From Octopus sinensis (taxonomy: Eukaryota): 64,000 bases of DNA. The position numbers and the translations under genes were made by a program. A model generated the notes under the pieces. It had not been told where the DNA came from. It was given only the letters and a program-made list of their open reading frames with translations, and did not search any database. This document shows, piece by piece, positions 25,626 to 40,460 of this stretch. The stretch lies in contig NC_043013.1 in NCBI RefSeq assembly GCF_006345805.1, forward strand, positions 58,776,001-58,840,000, read 5' to 3'. Positions within the stretch are counted from its first letter, which is position 1, and each line of letters begins with the position of its first letter.

Positions 25626-27112
25626 CCTATTCAGTTGTCCAATGATATAACCCAGCGCAGCCATTGTAATGAATAGGACGTTGTTGATCGGTTGTGTGTG
25701 TGATTGTGAGGCTTCGACTTACAACTACTCACAGCTTTATCAATGTTGACATTCATGACGTTCTCTCTGTTCCCCAATCTACGACAATGTCAACATGAAC
25801 AATACATTGTATTAATTTCTTTTTTACGTCGATCTTTTGTTTTGTGGTTGGGACTAAAAAGGCCAGAACCTATCAAACTATTGAAAATGCTTTGTTGCTA
25901 GGAAAATAAAATATTTATTGAACATAGATTTTATTTATTTATTTAATTGTCTTTTGTCATTAGGAAACAAAAAACACCGTCTACTTTCCCTCCTAATACA
26001 TATGGACAAACATTGAGCAAAGTAGTCAATCGGAACCAAACTAATTTTCAATATTTTTCAGACGTCATTGAATTTATCTCTGCACTATTTTGTCACATCA
26101 ATTCACCCTTAGTGTCTGAACGAAGACCTTTCAGGAGATTCTGCTTGGTAGTTAATGTTTGTTACCGTTTGTTGGTTTATCCTATTACTAAATCTAAATT
26201 TGATTTGATTTATTTAATATTCTTAACGAAGTAACTAGGTTTTAATCCTTTTTTATAGTAGAGGCTAATGTAAATACCGACAACACATTGCAGTAATATT
26301 TGTGAAAAAAATATATCTTGAAATGAAATCCTCAGAATCGTGAGGAGTTCGAATTAGAGGATCGACGTGCTTGAATTGTTGCAACATTTTCTCATTAAAA
26401 TGTTTCACGCAACTCTAAATTGACAGTGTTTGAAATCTTTAGGAAGTTCATTTTTAATCTTACTCCACATTTTTTCTAAATAACAAATTTTTAAACATAT
26501 ATTTCTACATCGTCTCCTTTCCACGTACCCGTAAATGAATGAGATAGAAATCGTATATATTCCGGTTCTGTACAGTACCCAGATATTCTTCTAAAGATAC
26601 GATTGAAATATTTGGAAGATGTTGCTTAGAGTCTAAGAAGATACCACTGGACGTCGCCTATGCTTCTTTTTATCTTAAAAGGAAACTGACAAGATTTCTT
26701 TATCAAATATTTTGTACCAGATTAATGAAGCACAATTGTTAAAACTGACGTAGATGATATTACAAATAAAATAAATATATAACACCCTGAACTAAGATAT
26801 ATCTTCTGATCGTAAAAAAAGTAGCTGAATAAAAAGAACTTATTGAAATACAGGGTGGTTAGTTCCCAAGTTGAGAACGTTGTGACAAACTTATGAAGCA
26901 AAAGATTAATCATCCAAAACGGATTTATGTAAGTCTAACATTTTATTGTTGCTTTGTCCCACGTTAGGTTTGATAAACCCTAAATCGAGTAACTCACAGA
27001 ATAAATATTTGACGTGTCAGGTAACACTAAATGACATAAGTCATTTCGTGTGTCTGTACATTGTTTCTCTAGATTACATGAAAAAGAGAGCCTGTAAGAA
27101 GACTGTACCCAC

Positions 27113-27300
27113 GAAGGGGTACTGAAAAGTTCCTGGCTTTGGATAAAAGAAAATACAGTAGGATCATTTGATTATGATAGTATCCAATCTATTCCCCTCT
27201 CAAATTCACATACTTATTCCAATGGTCCTTCAGTTTTTCTAAGCTCTGTAAAAGAGCTCGGAAGTTTGGGACCCCAGCCAGGCCTTTTGCGTTCCTTCGT
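27113..27300. mobile_element. Mariner-derived MITE
   Basis: CGAAGGGGTACTGAAAAGTTCCTGGCT ... AGCCAGGCCTTTTGCGTTCCTTCG imperfect TIRs, ~190 bp. Confidence 0.6.
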
Positions 27301-28454
27301 ATTCCTGAAGGATATACTCAATCTGTTACCCACTTTGATAGTCACATCTGGCCCAGGAAACCTTTGGTGATATCCCCTCTGTTAAAAGACTTTAGGCAAG
27401 ATATCTCCTGCAGTGACAACTTCGTCCTTTCTATTTAGCTTTCTCATATATCATGAAAAGAACGAGGCCACTCATGAAAATGACGTTAAAGATAATAATA
27501 AGGAAACATAAGTTATTGTTATTGTTGTTGCTGTTGTGTACTTTGCTTCAGTCAAACTAAGTTGGGTTTGAGAACAGGAGCTAGAGTAACTGTTGAACGA
27601 CGATGTGTACTCAAAAAATTTAGTTCTTCATATAAAACATGGAATTCCATAGGGATAGTTATCTTCAGAATGAAGTGTCGTTCAAATTCTTACAGTAGAA
27701 TGGATTTCGCAACGTTTCCGTATAATTCTGTGGATGTTGTTACCTTCTCACTAAAAAGAAACATACAGTCGCCACTGTATTATGATACCGCGCCATTGAG
27801 CGACAAAATCTACCATTAAAGCATCTATATATCAATCCAACCAGCAACGGAGACTCATGTAGCCTTTAAAGTTGTCAAGAGAACAGCCAAATTTCTGTCG
27901 AAAAGAAACTGTATTGTGATATCTTGATCATAAATCTGCTCACTCAGAACTAATTTTGGGATATATGGCAACAACATCAACAAAATATATTTATAAAATA
28001 AAAACACCATCGACGTTGCATATATCTTTAGCACAACTACAACTAAGTTGCTGAAAGGTGTTTCTAAGTTTTAACTTGAAATCTACCATTTTAGCAAAAA
28101 TGGCTATCGAACCTTTGTGCATTTTTTTCTTTTTCTTTCGTCTAGAACTTTTTAAAATTGTTGAAGACATTCTTAAGACAAATCTTTATTATAAAATTGT
28201 GAATTTTATTTATGTTTACGAAATGGTCACAATCAATTGTTTTGATGTAAAAGTGTTTTGACGTAAAGCGAAAGTTAAAACTCAATGTCTGGTGTTACTA
28301 TTTCAATAACAATCGTCAAATGTCACATTAAATTTGAAAAGATTTTCTATTCTCAGAGTTTTAACTGTTTGTATTATGAGGAGTGGAGAGGATATGAACA
28401 AATAGTTGAGTTGGCAATATTTTTGCATAGCTTCGTTTGTCTGTTCACGAACAC

Positions 28455-28678
<224 letters not shown>

Positions 28679-29084
28679 GAACAGAAAGGTTTTGGTTTTC
28701 ATTATAAATTCTTATTTATACCAGTAATTATTGTGACAATTACATAAAGGAAAACTTATGTGACTACCTGGGAAAAGGACCGGCTAAGACAACAATAATA
28801 ATCTGCAAAATTTTCTAAAGTTGTGTATATAACACTTACGTTGTTATTTGAATCAAGCCGGCAAAAAATTACACGAATATCTTATAAAGTATTTATCATT
28901 ACTGAATGAACTAAATTCAGTAAATGAGGAATAGAGAATGGTGGGAGGTGTATTTGAAGGCGAACTTGTCTGATCGCTTCAACAGCAAAACATGTCAAAG
29001 TTGATTGGATATATTCTATCTTACTCAGTTACAAAATAACATTTGTAATTCTGCTTCAATGAACAGTTACATCGGTATGTGCGT

Positions 29085-29170
29085 GTGCGTGCGTGTGCGC
29101 GTGCGGTGCGTGCGTGTGCGCGTGCGGTGCGTGCGTGTGCGCGTGCGGTGCGTGCGTGTGCGCGTGCGTT
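29085..29170. repeat. CpG-rich 21-bp minisatellite, ~4 units
   Basis: Unit GTGCGTGCGTGTGCGCGTGCG; appears as CVRVRVR repeats in the ORF track. Confidence 0.85.
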
Positions 29171-31704
29171 GCGCGCGCGTTTGTTTGCATGTGTATGTGG
29201 TTGTCAGTGTAATTTGTAATCTGTAGTATTCTAGGGAGTAGTCATATAGTATTATATAAACATAGAGAAAAAGAGAGAAATGCAGACAGACAGACCTAGA
29301 TAGATTTATGTTAGATTGATAGATCAGTTTTAGATTCTTTAAATCTGGTCGGTATCTGTTGGAAAGTTGTCAAAATATGTTGAACTTAGTCGTGTCTGTC
29401 CAGTTCAACTATAATTGATAGTCTCTTGGGAATATGTAAAAAGGGAAAAAAAACTATAACACTCTCAGACAGTAGGCAAAACTTCAAAAGAAAATCACGA
29501 AAAGGAACAAAGAAACAAGTGTAAAGAAGACAATATATCAGATATATTGATGGCTTTTGAAAGAAATAAAAACTAAGATAATGCGTTTGTTGATTATAAT
29601 TTAAAGAAAAAGGACTTTTATGTTTGCCGTGTTTACTTGCTCTTTTTATATTTCTTATGCTTTTGTTTAGTTGTTACAACTGTAAGATTTATTTTATTTT
29701 TTTATATTATTTGGCAAACTCCATTACTGTGGTCAAACAATTATGGCGAGTATTATAGAGGAATTGCAAAACAAACAGAAAGGAATTGAGAGAGGCGAAG
29801 AAATAGGAAAAAAATCTGAATTTTAGTTTTCGTATATTTTACTTCTGTCTTCCAATTGAGTAAGCAGATGAACTGCAGAGACGCTGCCATTTGCATAAAT
29901 GGGTCAGACTGAAGAGATAAATGTTCTTGATGTTCAGCCAGAATTGTTGCAAGTCTTGTCTGAATGGTTTGAGGTCACTTGACCTTGTCTCAGATATCCA
30001 AATAGGGGATAATACATGCGTTGTTATCCTTTTTGCTGGACAAGTTTCTGGCCTCATCTTGCTATACAATGACCAGACACTGAGGAAGGGAGTAGTCTCT
30101 GATATGTCTGGGCGTCCCTTGACGTATCGTGTTATAAATATCCCTTTGAAAAATCTCCTTTTCCCGAATCCGTCAGATTTTTCTGCCCATCAGATACATT
30201 CGATAGTGACTTGATTTCTATTATTGATTCATTAATTCATTGAATGAGTTGGGGACAATTTTCGGCAAAGTCTTGATTATTTTATGAATATTAGAAAAAC
30301 TTCCCAAAAGAGGTGTAATTCGTAGAGTGTTGAGATTTATTTCCAATGACTGGTTGTGTAAAACAGTGATATAACTCCTTTTGCTTTGAGATAAACCTCA
30401 CAATAGATATTTTTAATTGCTTTCCAAAATTGTGCTGAGGCAATTCCCTACAAACACTGCTGTATAAATGGCTTTATTCTAAACCATAAATATTTGAATT
30501 TTGGGCCTATTTTGAGCTGATGATTATGACATTGACATACATAATGAAGCTATCATCAAATCCTAATCGATAAAACTTCAATGTAAGTCTCACACAAAGT
30601 CCTAGTAAATCTCTTATTCTTTATCTTCCTGAGATGGAAAGCAAAATGTTCCTATGGCAAGAATGTCAATCTTGATTACGAAATTGTATAGATATTAAAC
30701 ACTGTACATTCAAAAGAAGTTTAAACGGTGAAGAGAATATAGGAGTGATATTGGAATCTTGAAATTGGTTAACATTCGCAAACAGAATATTTCATGTTAC
30801 AAAACAGACTAGGCTGAGCTGGCGATATAGTCTGTAGGGAAGATGGAAGAATTTCAAAGATCTATGGAGAATTATCTTCCGTGTTAAACTTTTAGAGAAT
30901 GTTTTAAATCCGACTCTAAAAAGTGTTTTCTGTCCATGTAGAAATTTGGGATGTAATTGCAGTAGGGAGGATATTACGGAGAAGAATACATGCTCAATCC
31001 ACTCGTGCCTTTTTCAAGAGAACCGCATTAAAGGCAGAAAAATGAAGCGAGGTACATCGCAAATAAAGCACATAGTTATCAATAAACCCTTCAAATGTTC
31101 AGCTCTTCTTAACGTTGGTCTTGTTAATCAGACAATGCTTTATGAACCAAAGTAGGTTAATAATTTTTTATCCACCAGAAAGAAAATGTCTCCGATTCTT
31201 GGATTCTTTTTTATTGCACTGAATATACACATGATTGTAGATTGAAGATACATATGACTGTCTGTCCGACTGTAGAAAATGTCAAAGGTCATAAAAAAGA
31301 AATTTATTATCGTGGATACCTCAAGACTAATAACGTTTGATATTTTGGATTTTTTTTATTGCTATAAAGAATATACACGCAGATACCTAAAGAGTGTGTA
31401 TTCGTTTTGTGGAGTGTGTGTGTGTGTGCTAGTGAATGGAGGATAAGAAAAACGAGGAAAAAAGAAAGGAATGAATATAAGGAAATCATTATTTCTAGAA
31501 GGCCTGAAATTTAAGATTAACTAAAGACGACTTGAAAGTTTAATCATATTCAGCACTAGAATCGACATCTCCCTTGGAGATGTGTATAAACGGCAGAAAG
31601 GGAGTTGAATGTACGGTTTCATGGAACCAACCTCTGGTGACTCTTCGAATTCTCTGACAGGAAAAGTGTTGAATAATATGTATGCGTATATGCATCTGTA
31701 TATA

Positions 31705-31765
<61 letters not shown>

Positions 31766-32318
31766 GCTGGCTGCCCCCTCGTTATCGAGTATGGCCATTG
31801 CACGAAGCTTAATCAATGTTGTTATCGTGCAATGCCTGTGCAAGAAGATTTTTTTAAAGTGAGGAAAGGCTTTGCACTGAGTCAATCCCACTCACTAAGC
31901 AACAGCAGCCATAATCCGAAAAGAAGAACAAGACAACATCATCGGTAACCACTGAGCCGCAGGTTTTATGTCGAAGTTATCCCAGTTACCTGAGTTGCCT
32001 TCTCTTAGAAGGATGCCCTAACAAAGGCTAGGAGTCCTTCACTCCCAATGGTTTAACCGCGCGATCGGGTATTCAGTCCGATTATTTCTATGTCCCCGCG
32101 CATGATACAGCCTTAAGACATTTATTGGATGGCCGTTGACTCTCAAGAGCTCCTCCGCCTTTTGAGGGGTTTTGTTTTTCATCCCGCAGGGTGTCCAATA
32201 AACACCCTCCTCACCAAGCAAGCTTGGTGGGGTTGCCGGTTTAGACGCCGATGGCCCGACCATGCAACAGGTTGTACTGGGTTACATGTTACCAGTAGCA
32301 CTCAAAAGTGACCTGACA

Positions 32319-32320
<2 letters not shown>
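31766..32320 (-). repeat. ~550-bp structured interspersed repeat, copy 2 (full length)
   Basis: Reverse complement of 43558-44108; embedded in (TA)n. Confidence 0.9.
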
Positions 32321-33700
<1,380 letters not shown>

Positions 33701-33963
33701 TAATTTTATAAACATCAATATAGAAGAGAAAATAACTTTTTCATTGTGTTCTCGTCTGATTAATTCTGAGCATTTAGAGACGTCTCAATTCTGAAATGAA
33801 ATTTCACAATCTCTACATTTATCTACATTGTGAACTTTTGGCTTGATGAATAAGTATTAAAACTTTGTTTATCATCTTGATAACCATACATTGTGGCTTA
33901 CTTGTGCTTGTAATGCTTACTTCTGTGTAAAGCCGATATATATATATACATATGTATATATAC

Positions 33964-33994
<31 letters not shown>

Positions 33995-34248
33995 TGTATG
34001 TATGTATGTATGTATGTATGTATACTTGCAAGCATGTATGTATTTATAAATATATAGCGTTAACACCTAGAGGACACCTAAATACTGTCTATCCATATTT
34101 ACAATATTTGAAACGTTCCTTTGTCTTTTCAGCATCTACCAATTGTGTATAAACAGTCAATATTAGGTGCCAGTGAAACACTGGGATTGCTCTCATCAAT
34201 TAGTCTCCTCCACCAAAATTTAAGGCCTTCTGCCTTTAGTAGAAAGGA

Positions 34249-34317
<69 letters not shown>

Positions 34318-34319
34318 CA

Positions 34320-34760
34320 TACAACAGATTGAACTATTGAAAGAGAAAAAATCCTAACATTAGGCTACAGCAAGTAACCTTAGATGCGAACAACCCTCAT
34401 AAGTATCCTAGCTGTGACAAATAACACTATTTTGTGTAGCTGTATTGAACTGGGTTTTATACTTATTTCCTCTATTCATTTGTTCAAACCTTTACGGATA
34501 GTTCCTAATGCACCTACAACTACTGGGATATATTTTACCTGCACTTTCCATAGTCTCTGTAATTTAATAGCTAGGTCCTTGTACTTTGCTATGCTTTTTA
34601 TATATCTCATTGATTTTTTTTTTATCATTTGGGACTGTAAAGTCAATGAAAATATCTTACCATTGGGCTACAAGTAACCTTAGATGCCAAGTACCCTCCT
34701 ATTCAGCTACAACAGGTTACCTTAGGTGCCAGCGAACCTTCCAAGTATCCTAGCTGACTT
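34320..34760 (-). mobile_element. R4/Dong-type LINE 3' end fragment(s)
   Basis: Minus-strand AKYKDLAIKLQRLWKVQVKYIPVVVGALGTI, ending next to (TAA)n at 34251-34316. The 3'-UTR-like stretch is repeated at ~34361-34420 and ~34664-34760. Confidence 0.7.
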
Positions 34761-35642
34761 GTCTTGTGTTGTGGGTGACGATGAAAACACCTAAATGGCA
34801 AAAGTCGGCAGATATGATCAGCGGGAGGAGACACCTTTGAGAACAAATGCACAAATACCACCCACAAGAGCAGCCACATCAATACCGTCAACTACATTGT
34901 CCTTTCACTATCAACACCATCACCACAGACATCACCATCACAAACACAACCCAATTCACACATAAGCCGCAGGTCGCTCATCCCAACACAGCAAAATTCA
35001 AATAGGATATTATCAAATTCCAACACTTTTCCCAACCTCATAAACCCAATCTACAATTCAATTTTGATATAAATCATTCAGAAGGAAAATACTTTGTATA
35101 TTTCACAGTCATATTCCTCTTACATTGTTTGTTTTTTAAAAAAAGCAAAAGCAACGATCGTTTATTAGAAATGTCATGAAAAAATGATGAGTAATGTAGA
35201 AGAGAATGATAGAGATCGACGTCAAAGAATATTTTCAGTGGAAAGAGACGCCAAGGAGGTTTTGTCAATGTATTTTACCAAACTCCATGATGACTCCAAA
35301 ATTAAGAATATTCTTGTCAGCATTTCAGCAGAAAACGCAGACATAAGGTCAAATATAAATGTCGATCGATATAGTCTGATATGATGAAGTGAATTACGAC
35401 ACTTGTTTAATGTTGTCAAAAGAGAATTCACATTAATATTACTGATAATACTCTACCAGTGAATAGAAATATCAATGATATTCAATGTAATTCAATAAAA
35501 TTCATCAATAAATATAAACTTTCTACTCTTCCAGTCGTCTACCACAATAGTGCACTGATTTTGTAAATAACCTATTATATTTCGCTTACGTCGTAGAATA
35601 TTTATGCGTATTTTGTTACTCGTCGGTAATAGATTGTAAAAA

Positions 35643-35674
<32 letters not shown>

Positions 35675-35714
35675 CACATGTATTTATGCATCTACATTCG
35701 ACATCCACTCCCCC

Positions 35715-36520
35715 AAAATGTATACACAGATGAATCGAGTTATATTTCTCTTTAAATATAATAATGAAGAGACCCAACTCAGTTTTGAACCCAAAGAAAT
35801 TTATCATACAGGGAGTTTCAAAATGCAGTTGAATTACAAAGACAATTTAGGAAGGAATTTCAGTGATCTACCACTGCAACTTACCATGACTCAAATTAGG
35901 GATAACTTACAAGCAGATGGATATGCCTTCAGAATATTCACAAGAAATGTTCTGGAAAACCGTGTACATCGACGAGACCCACGAATCAAAGAATACTAGA
36001 AATGTTTTACTAGAGTTTAAGGAAAGTTGTTTGGTAAGAGGAATCGGGAAATAGACATTTCAAAATTAATGTCTACCACATTTTGCACAGGGTCTATTCC
36101 AAGAATAGTCTGTACTCTCAATGAAGAAAGATGCAATCTGAAATGTTGAGGTACTTGACAAGATGTGTTGAAAAGGTTAAACTTATAGAAATGACTCAAT
36201 TATTCCATATATTACTGACGAACATCATGTTAATTTACCAGATATTACAGTACGGTGCGGCTTATAATCAATAGAATTATTTGCACCATTCTTTTGAAGT
36301 GACTTGCGGTGTCAAACTGGCATCACGACGATTCAAATGGACTCACATCGCTAGACACTTTTATGGAGATAGTTATGATATACAGTATATAAAACGGCAA
36401 AAGTCGATGCTTTAAAGAGAGCCATTAAAGAGCAATGAGCACAAATAGCAAACAAAATATTTGTGATTCCAATTCTTTGCATAATTAACAGTGCCTGAAC
36501 TAGGACGGCTATTGGTTTGA
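35715..36520 (+). mobile_element. Decayed Tc1/mariner-superfamily (maT/rosa-like) transposase
   Basis: NAVELQRQFRKEFQ, LTMTQIRD..ADG, SGKPCTST, YITDEHHVNLPDITVRCGL..LFAPFF and DALKRAIKEQ, read across frames. Confidence 0.7.
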
Positions 36521-36668
36521 AAACAAAAATTCATAAAAGAATAAATTCTGGTTGTAGATTCTCTTAAATTTTGAAAATTATATGTATTTTAAAAACACCT
36601 AGTTTGTAATTGTTCATATCCTGTATACATGTTGCAGGAGACACTGCGTAGAAGGCAGCAGATTTTAG

Positions 36669-36865
36669 AGTTGGCAGAAACGTTTGCACGCCGGGCGAAA
36701 TGCGTAGCCGTATTTCGTCTGCCGTTACGTTCTGGGTTCAAATTCCGCCGAGGTTGACTTTGCCTTTTATCTTTTCGGGGTCGATAAATTAAGTACCAGT
36801 TACGCACTGGTGTCGATGTAATCGACTTAATCCGTTTGTCTCCCCTTGTGGGTAGTAAGGAAATA
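36669..36865 (+). mobile_element. Abundant octopus tRNA-derived SINE
   Basis: TGGCAGAAACGTT..CACGCCGGGCGAAATGC..GGGTTCAAATTCCGCCGAGG..GGGGTCGATAAATTAAGTACCAG; B-box GGTTCAAATTCC. Confidence 0.85.
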
Positions 36866-37048
36866 TATATTAGCGTCAGTACATAGATTTGTGCTACTCG
36901 TTACGGCTATCTGCATTCTGAATTTAAAACCCAGCGCGAGTAACTTTGCCTTTCACTTTCTTTCAGTCGATAAATAACTACCAACACAGTACTGTATAGC
37001 TTCTTTTTTTCCTATCGCTTCTTCTACTTAAGGAAAAAAAAATGTGTT

Positions 37049-37102
<54 letters not shown>

Positions 37103-37635
37103 CTAGATAGAAGGATTTATGAGAGATAGACGATTTTAGTTTAGTAAGTCTAAAATATAGAGCACTTTTCAACATTCCAGATAGAAAGCAGTTAGAAAAC
37201 TCTCGCATCAACTAAAATGATAATGCCAAAAGAAAAATCATGCTCTTCACAACGCTTCACCAAAGTCAGCTTCTTCGTGCGGAGGCGTGAACAGAATAGA
37301 AACAAAAAACAACGACTTACAAAAAGGGTCCATGAAGCCTGGAAGCGTTCATCAATGTAATATAACTGACTTAAAAAATATAATATATTTCAATCAAATT
37401 TGAAGGAAAAACAAAATTTAAAAAACAGAAATATCATTCTAGTTTCGAATTCACCATAACTGTCATGGCGGAGTTGTCTTGATTGGAATTGTAAATTTCA
37501 AAATTCAAAGATTCTGAAATTTCTGGAATTGTTTCTCGATTTTGTTATGATTTCATGTAATCCTTATGAATTATTTATTTACGAATACACATGGTTGGGC
37601 AACTGGTTTGTGGGTATATTTACGTGTATATACTT

Positions 37636-37681
<46 letters not shown>

Positions 37682-38199
37682 CGTGTGTGTGTGTGTGTGT
37701 GTATGTGTGTGTATGTTATGAGAGACAATACCAGTATATATGCGCGTGTTTGTATACATACACGCACATATATATATGGGTCTGTGTATATACTTCTAAG
37801 TGTGTGTCACTGTTTGTATGTATATTATATATACATTTGTGCGTACGTGCGAGTATATACGTCCTTGTGTGTATCTGTGAATACGTGTCTATTAATATAT
37901 GTATAAATCTATATTCATTGGAAGCACATAGGGAATAAATAGATACCAGTTAAGATTATGATTTGAGTAAGTTTTACTTACAAAGACAAGTATACACGCA
38001 AGCACATACACACACACGCACTTAATCGCATCCACATATTTTTAAACGTATTTACATATAGTTATATATATTATTAAATAGATATATATACTTATAAATA
38101 CACACACATTCATACTTGTTTGTATCGTATTATTTCATGTATTATGTAATGTAATATATTCCTAAAACAAAAATTGCTATGAGCACACAAAATCAACAT

Positions 38200-39300
38200 A
38201 CAGGGAGTTCCCAAAATATATATGCACACACTTTAAGAGTTTGTGAATTTAATTTTAATTTCTTTCGAGATTTAACACATTGTTTTTGTGATGGAGGGGA
38301 GTGGGAAGGCTTAGTGTCTGCAGGGCGAGGATGGGACAAAGGGTGTATAGGAGGACGTTGGGTAGTTGTAGTGACCTGAGGTAGTTGTAGTTCTGGATGT
38401 GTTGGACTTATCCTTTTTCTCTTCCTTCTCTTTCTTTTTCTGATATTTCCCATTCTTCCTCTTTTTCTTTTTTGGTTTCTACTGGTACCATTTTTTCTCC
38501 TCTTGGGGCTTCTCTTGTGGCTTTTCCTGGGGATCTACTTGCATTTTCTTAGCTTCTTTCTCCGGTGGAGGGCATTTGCCTCTTATGTGGCCCTTCTGGC
38601 CACATTTAAAACAGTGAGGGACTCTGCCCTCCACCATTACATTCATAATAGTTTCGTTCACTTCACCGTTTCAGCCATTTCTTCTATCGCTTCTTTTGAA
38701 CCTTGAATAATCATATTCAAGATTTGGTCTCTCCAATTCACACTTTTCGTTTTTGTGGCCTGGAGCACCGCTATCTTGTCCTCAGTATCAACCAAGTCAG
38801 CGGCTGCTATCCAGGCCACATTTATCTCTGGTGGAATGCCTTCCACCCTTACCCGAGACGGTCTCGGTCCCAGGTACGTGGGTAGAAGTAATAACTCTTC
38901 GTTCCTTAGCGGTGTCGCCGAGTGTTTTTTCGCCGTGTTTTCATTTTTGAACCTCACCTCAACTTCTCTGAATATCAACCCTCTGGCAAGATATAATATT
39001 TCTTGCCAGATTGGTATCAGCAACTTCTCTACTTGTTCTATTGTCATATGGTCAATATTTTCCTTCTTAATTGAATAGGCTTTGTATGTCACCGTTCTTC
39101 CTTTCATTATTTTTGTTATTTCTTGCGGGTGATGGCGTTACTTGCACGTTGTAACCGTCCCAACTTAATAGCTTCTTGTATTTTTCCCATTTCGATCTCA
39201 ACATTATCATCCGATTCTCGGGTGACGTCTGCGAACTTCCTACTTCTTCCTCCAATTCCTTATCATAACTTCGACAGCTCTTAACAGTTCTTCTTCAGAT
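38200..39300 (-). mobile_element. Tx1/L1-type ORF1 relic with CCHC zinc knuckle, no ORF2 following
   Basis: EVEVRFKNENTAKKH..LLLLPTYLGPR..IPPEINVAWIAAA (38658-39107), then VEGRVPHCFKCGQKGHIRGKC (38479-38661), then a Lys/Pro-rich tail. Frameshifted. Confidence 0.8.
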
Positions 39301-39971
39301 GTTTACAGCTTCAACCCGCTAAGGTCTGAGTGAAACATTTTTTTACATGCCATACTCCCCTCAAAACGCTGAGGGACAGCACAACCACACACACCGCTGC
39401 AATGACACATAAAACGAGTCACAATACTTTTCAATAAACAACAGGAATCACATACTTTCAGAGATGTTTCGCCTCGTGACTGGCACGAACTGATTAGATT
39501 TTGGCATCGTTCCGCTACTGGACAAGGACTCTGGATTATTTTTCCTGTTTTGGGGGTTTTTTTACTTAATTTTCGAGAATAGTCGGATTCATTTTTCGTA
39601 TTCTCGTCTTTGAGTGCAGTCGAGTTTATTTCAGATATTCTCATTTTTAAAAAATCATCTCTAGCTAATCGTTCAGAGGACGTTTGTGTTGCCTTGGTTT
39701 GCGCTGAGTGCACTTGTTGTTATAATTATTATTATTCTATGTTTGACTTTTGCTTTACATTTGCACAAGCTGGCGCCAAGTCTCACCCAGAGACCTCAAG
39801 AGACAACAAGTTTGAAGTTCGTGTTGGTGTTATGCCTAGGGTGCCATATATTTGGTTTTGTACTTAGTGTTGTACTAGTGAATGCCTAAAAAACCATACC
39901 AAAATTATGTTTGTTTTAAAATTATGTTTGTTTTAAAACTTATGTTTGTTTGTTATTGTTATTATTATTAG

Positions 39972-40195
39972 AGCGGTGAGCTGGCAGAATCGTTAGCACG
40001 CCGGGCGAAATAATTCGCGGTATTTTGTCTGTCTTCATCTTCTGAGTTCAAATGCCGCCGGGGTCTACTTTGTGTTTCATCCAAAATAAGGTCGATAAAA
40101 TAAGGACCAGTTGAATACTAAGGTCGATGTAATCAACTTAGTCCCTCCCCACAGATATTCAAGTATTGTGCCTATGATAGAAAGGATTACTATTA
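39972..40195 (+). mobile_element. Same SINE family, with (ATT)n tail
   Basis: Homologous to 36669-36865. Confidence 0.85.
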
Positions 40196-40198
40196 TTA

Positions 40199-40245
<47 letters not shown>

Positions 40246-40262
40246 TTATTATTATTATTATT

Positions 40263-40460
40263 AGGCGAGCTGTCCGAATCATTTGCAGGCCAGCCAAAAT
40301 GCTTAGCGGCATTTCGTCTCTCTTTACGTTCTGAGTTCAAATTCCGCCGGGGTCGACTTTGCCTACCCTCCTTTTGGGGTCGATAAAATAAGTACTGAGT
40401 ACTGGGATCGATATAGTCGACTGTCCTCCTTCCCACAAACTTTGATTAGGCACTGAACAA
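40263..40460 (+). mobile_element. Same SINE family, tandem to 39972-40195
   Basis: Homologous to 36669-36865; follows the (ATT)n tail of the previous copy. Confidence 0.85.

Noticed and set aside
27562-27819. MDFATFPYNS resembles the Cys-loop motif (MD..FPFD) of nicotinic or chemotactile receptors
   Set aside because: Cysteine spacing is wrong, the second Cys is absent, no matching exons or splice sites, and neighbouring frames are full of stops.
35100-35600. Protein-like ORFs on both strands (MMSNVEENDR.., MNSLLTTLNK..)
   Set aside because: Short, interrupted by stops, no motif; adjacent to a decayed Tc1/mariner and probably TE debris.
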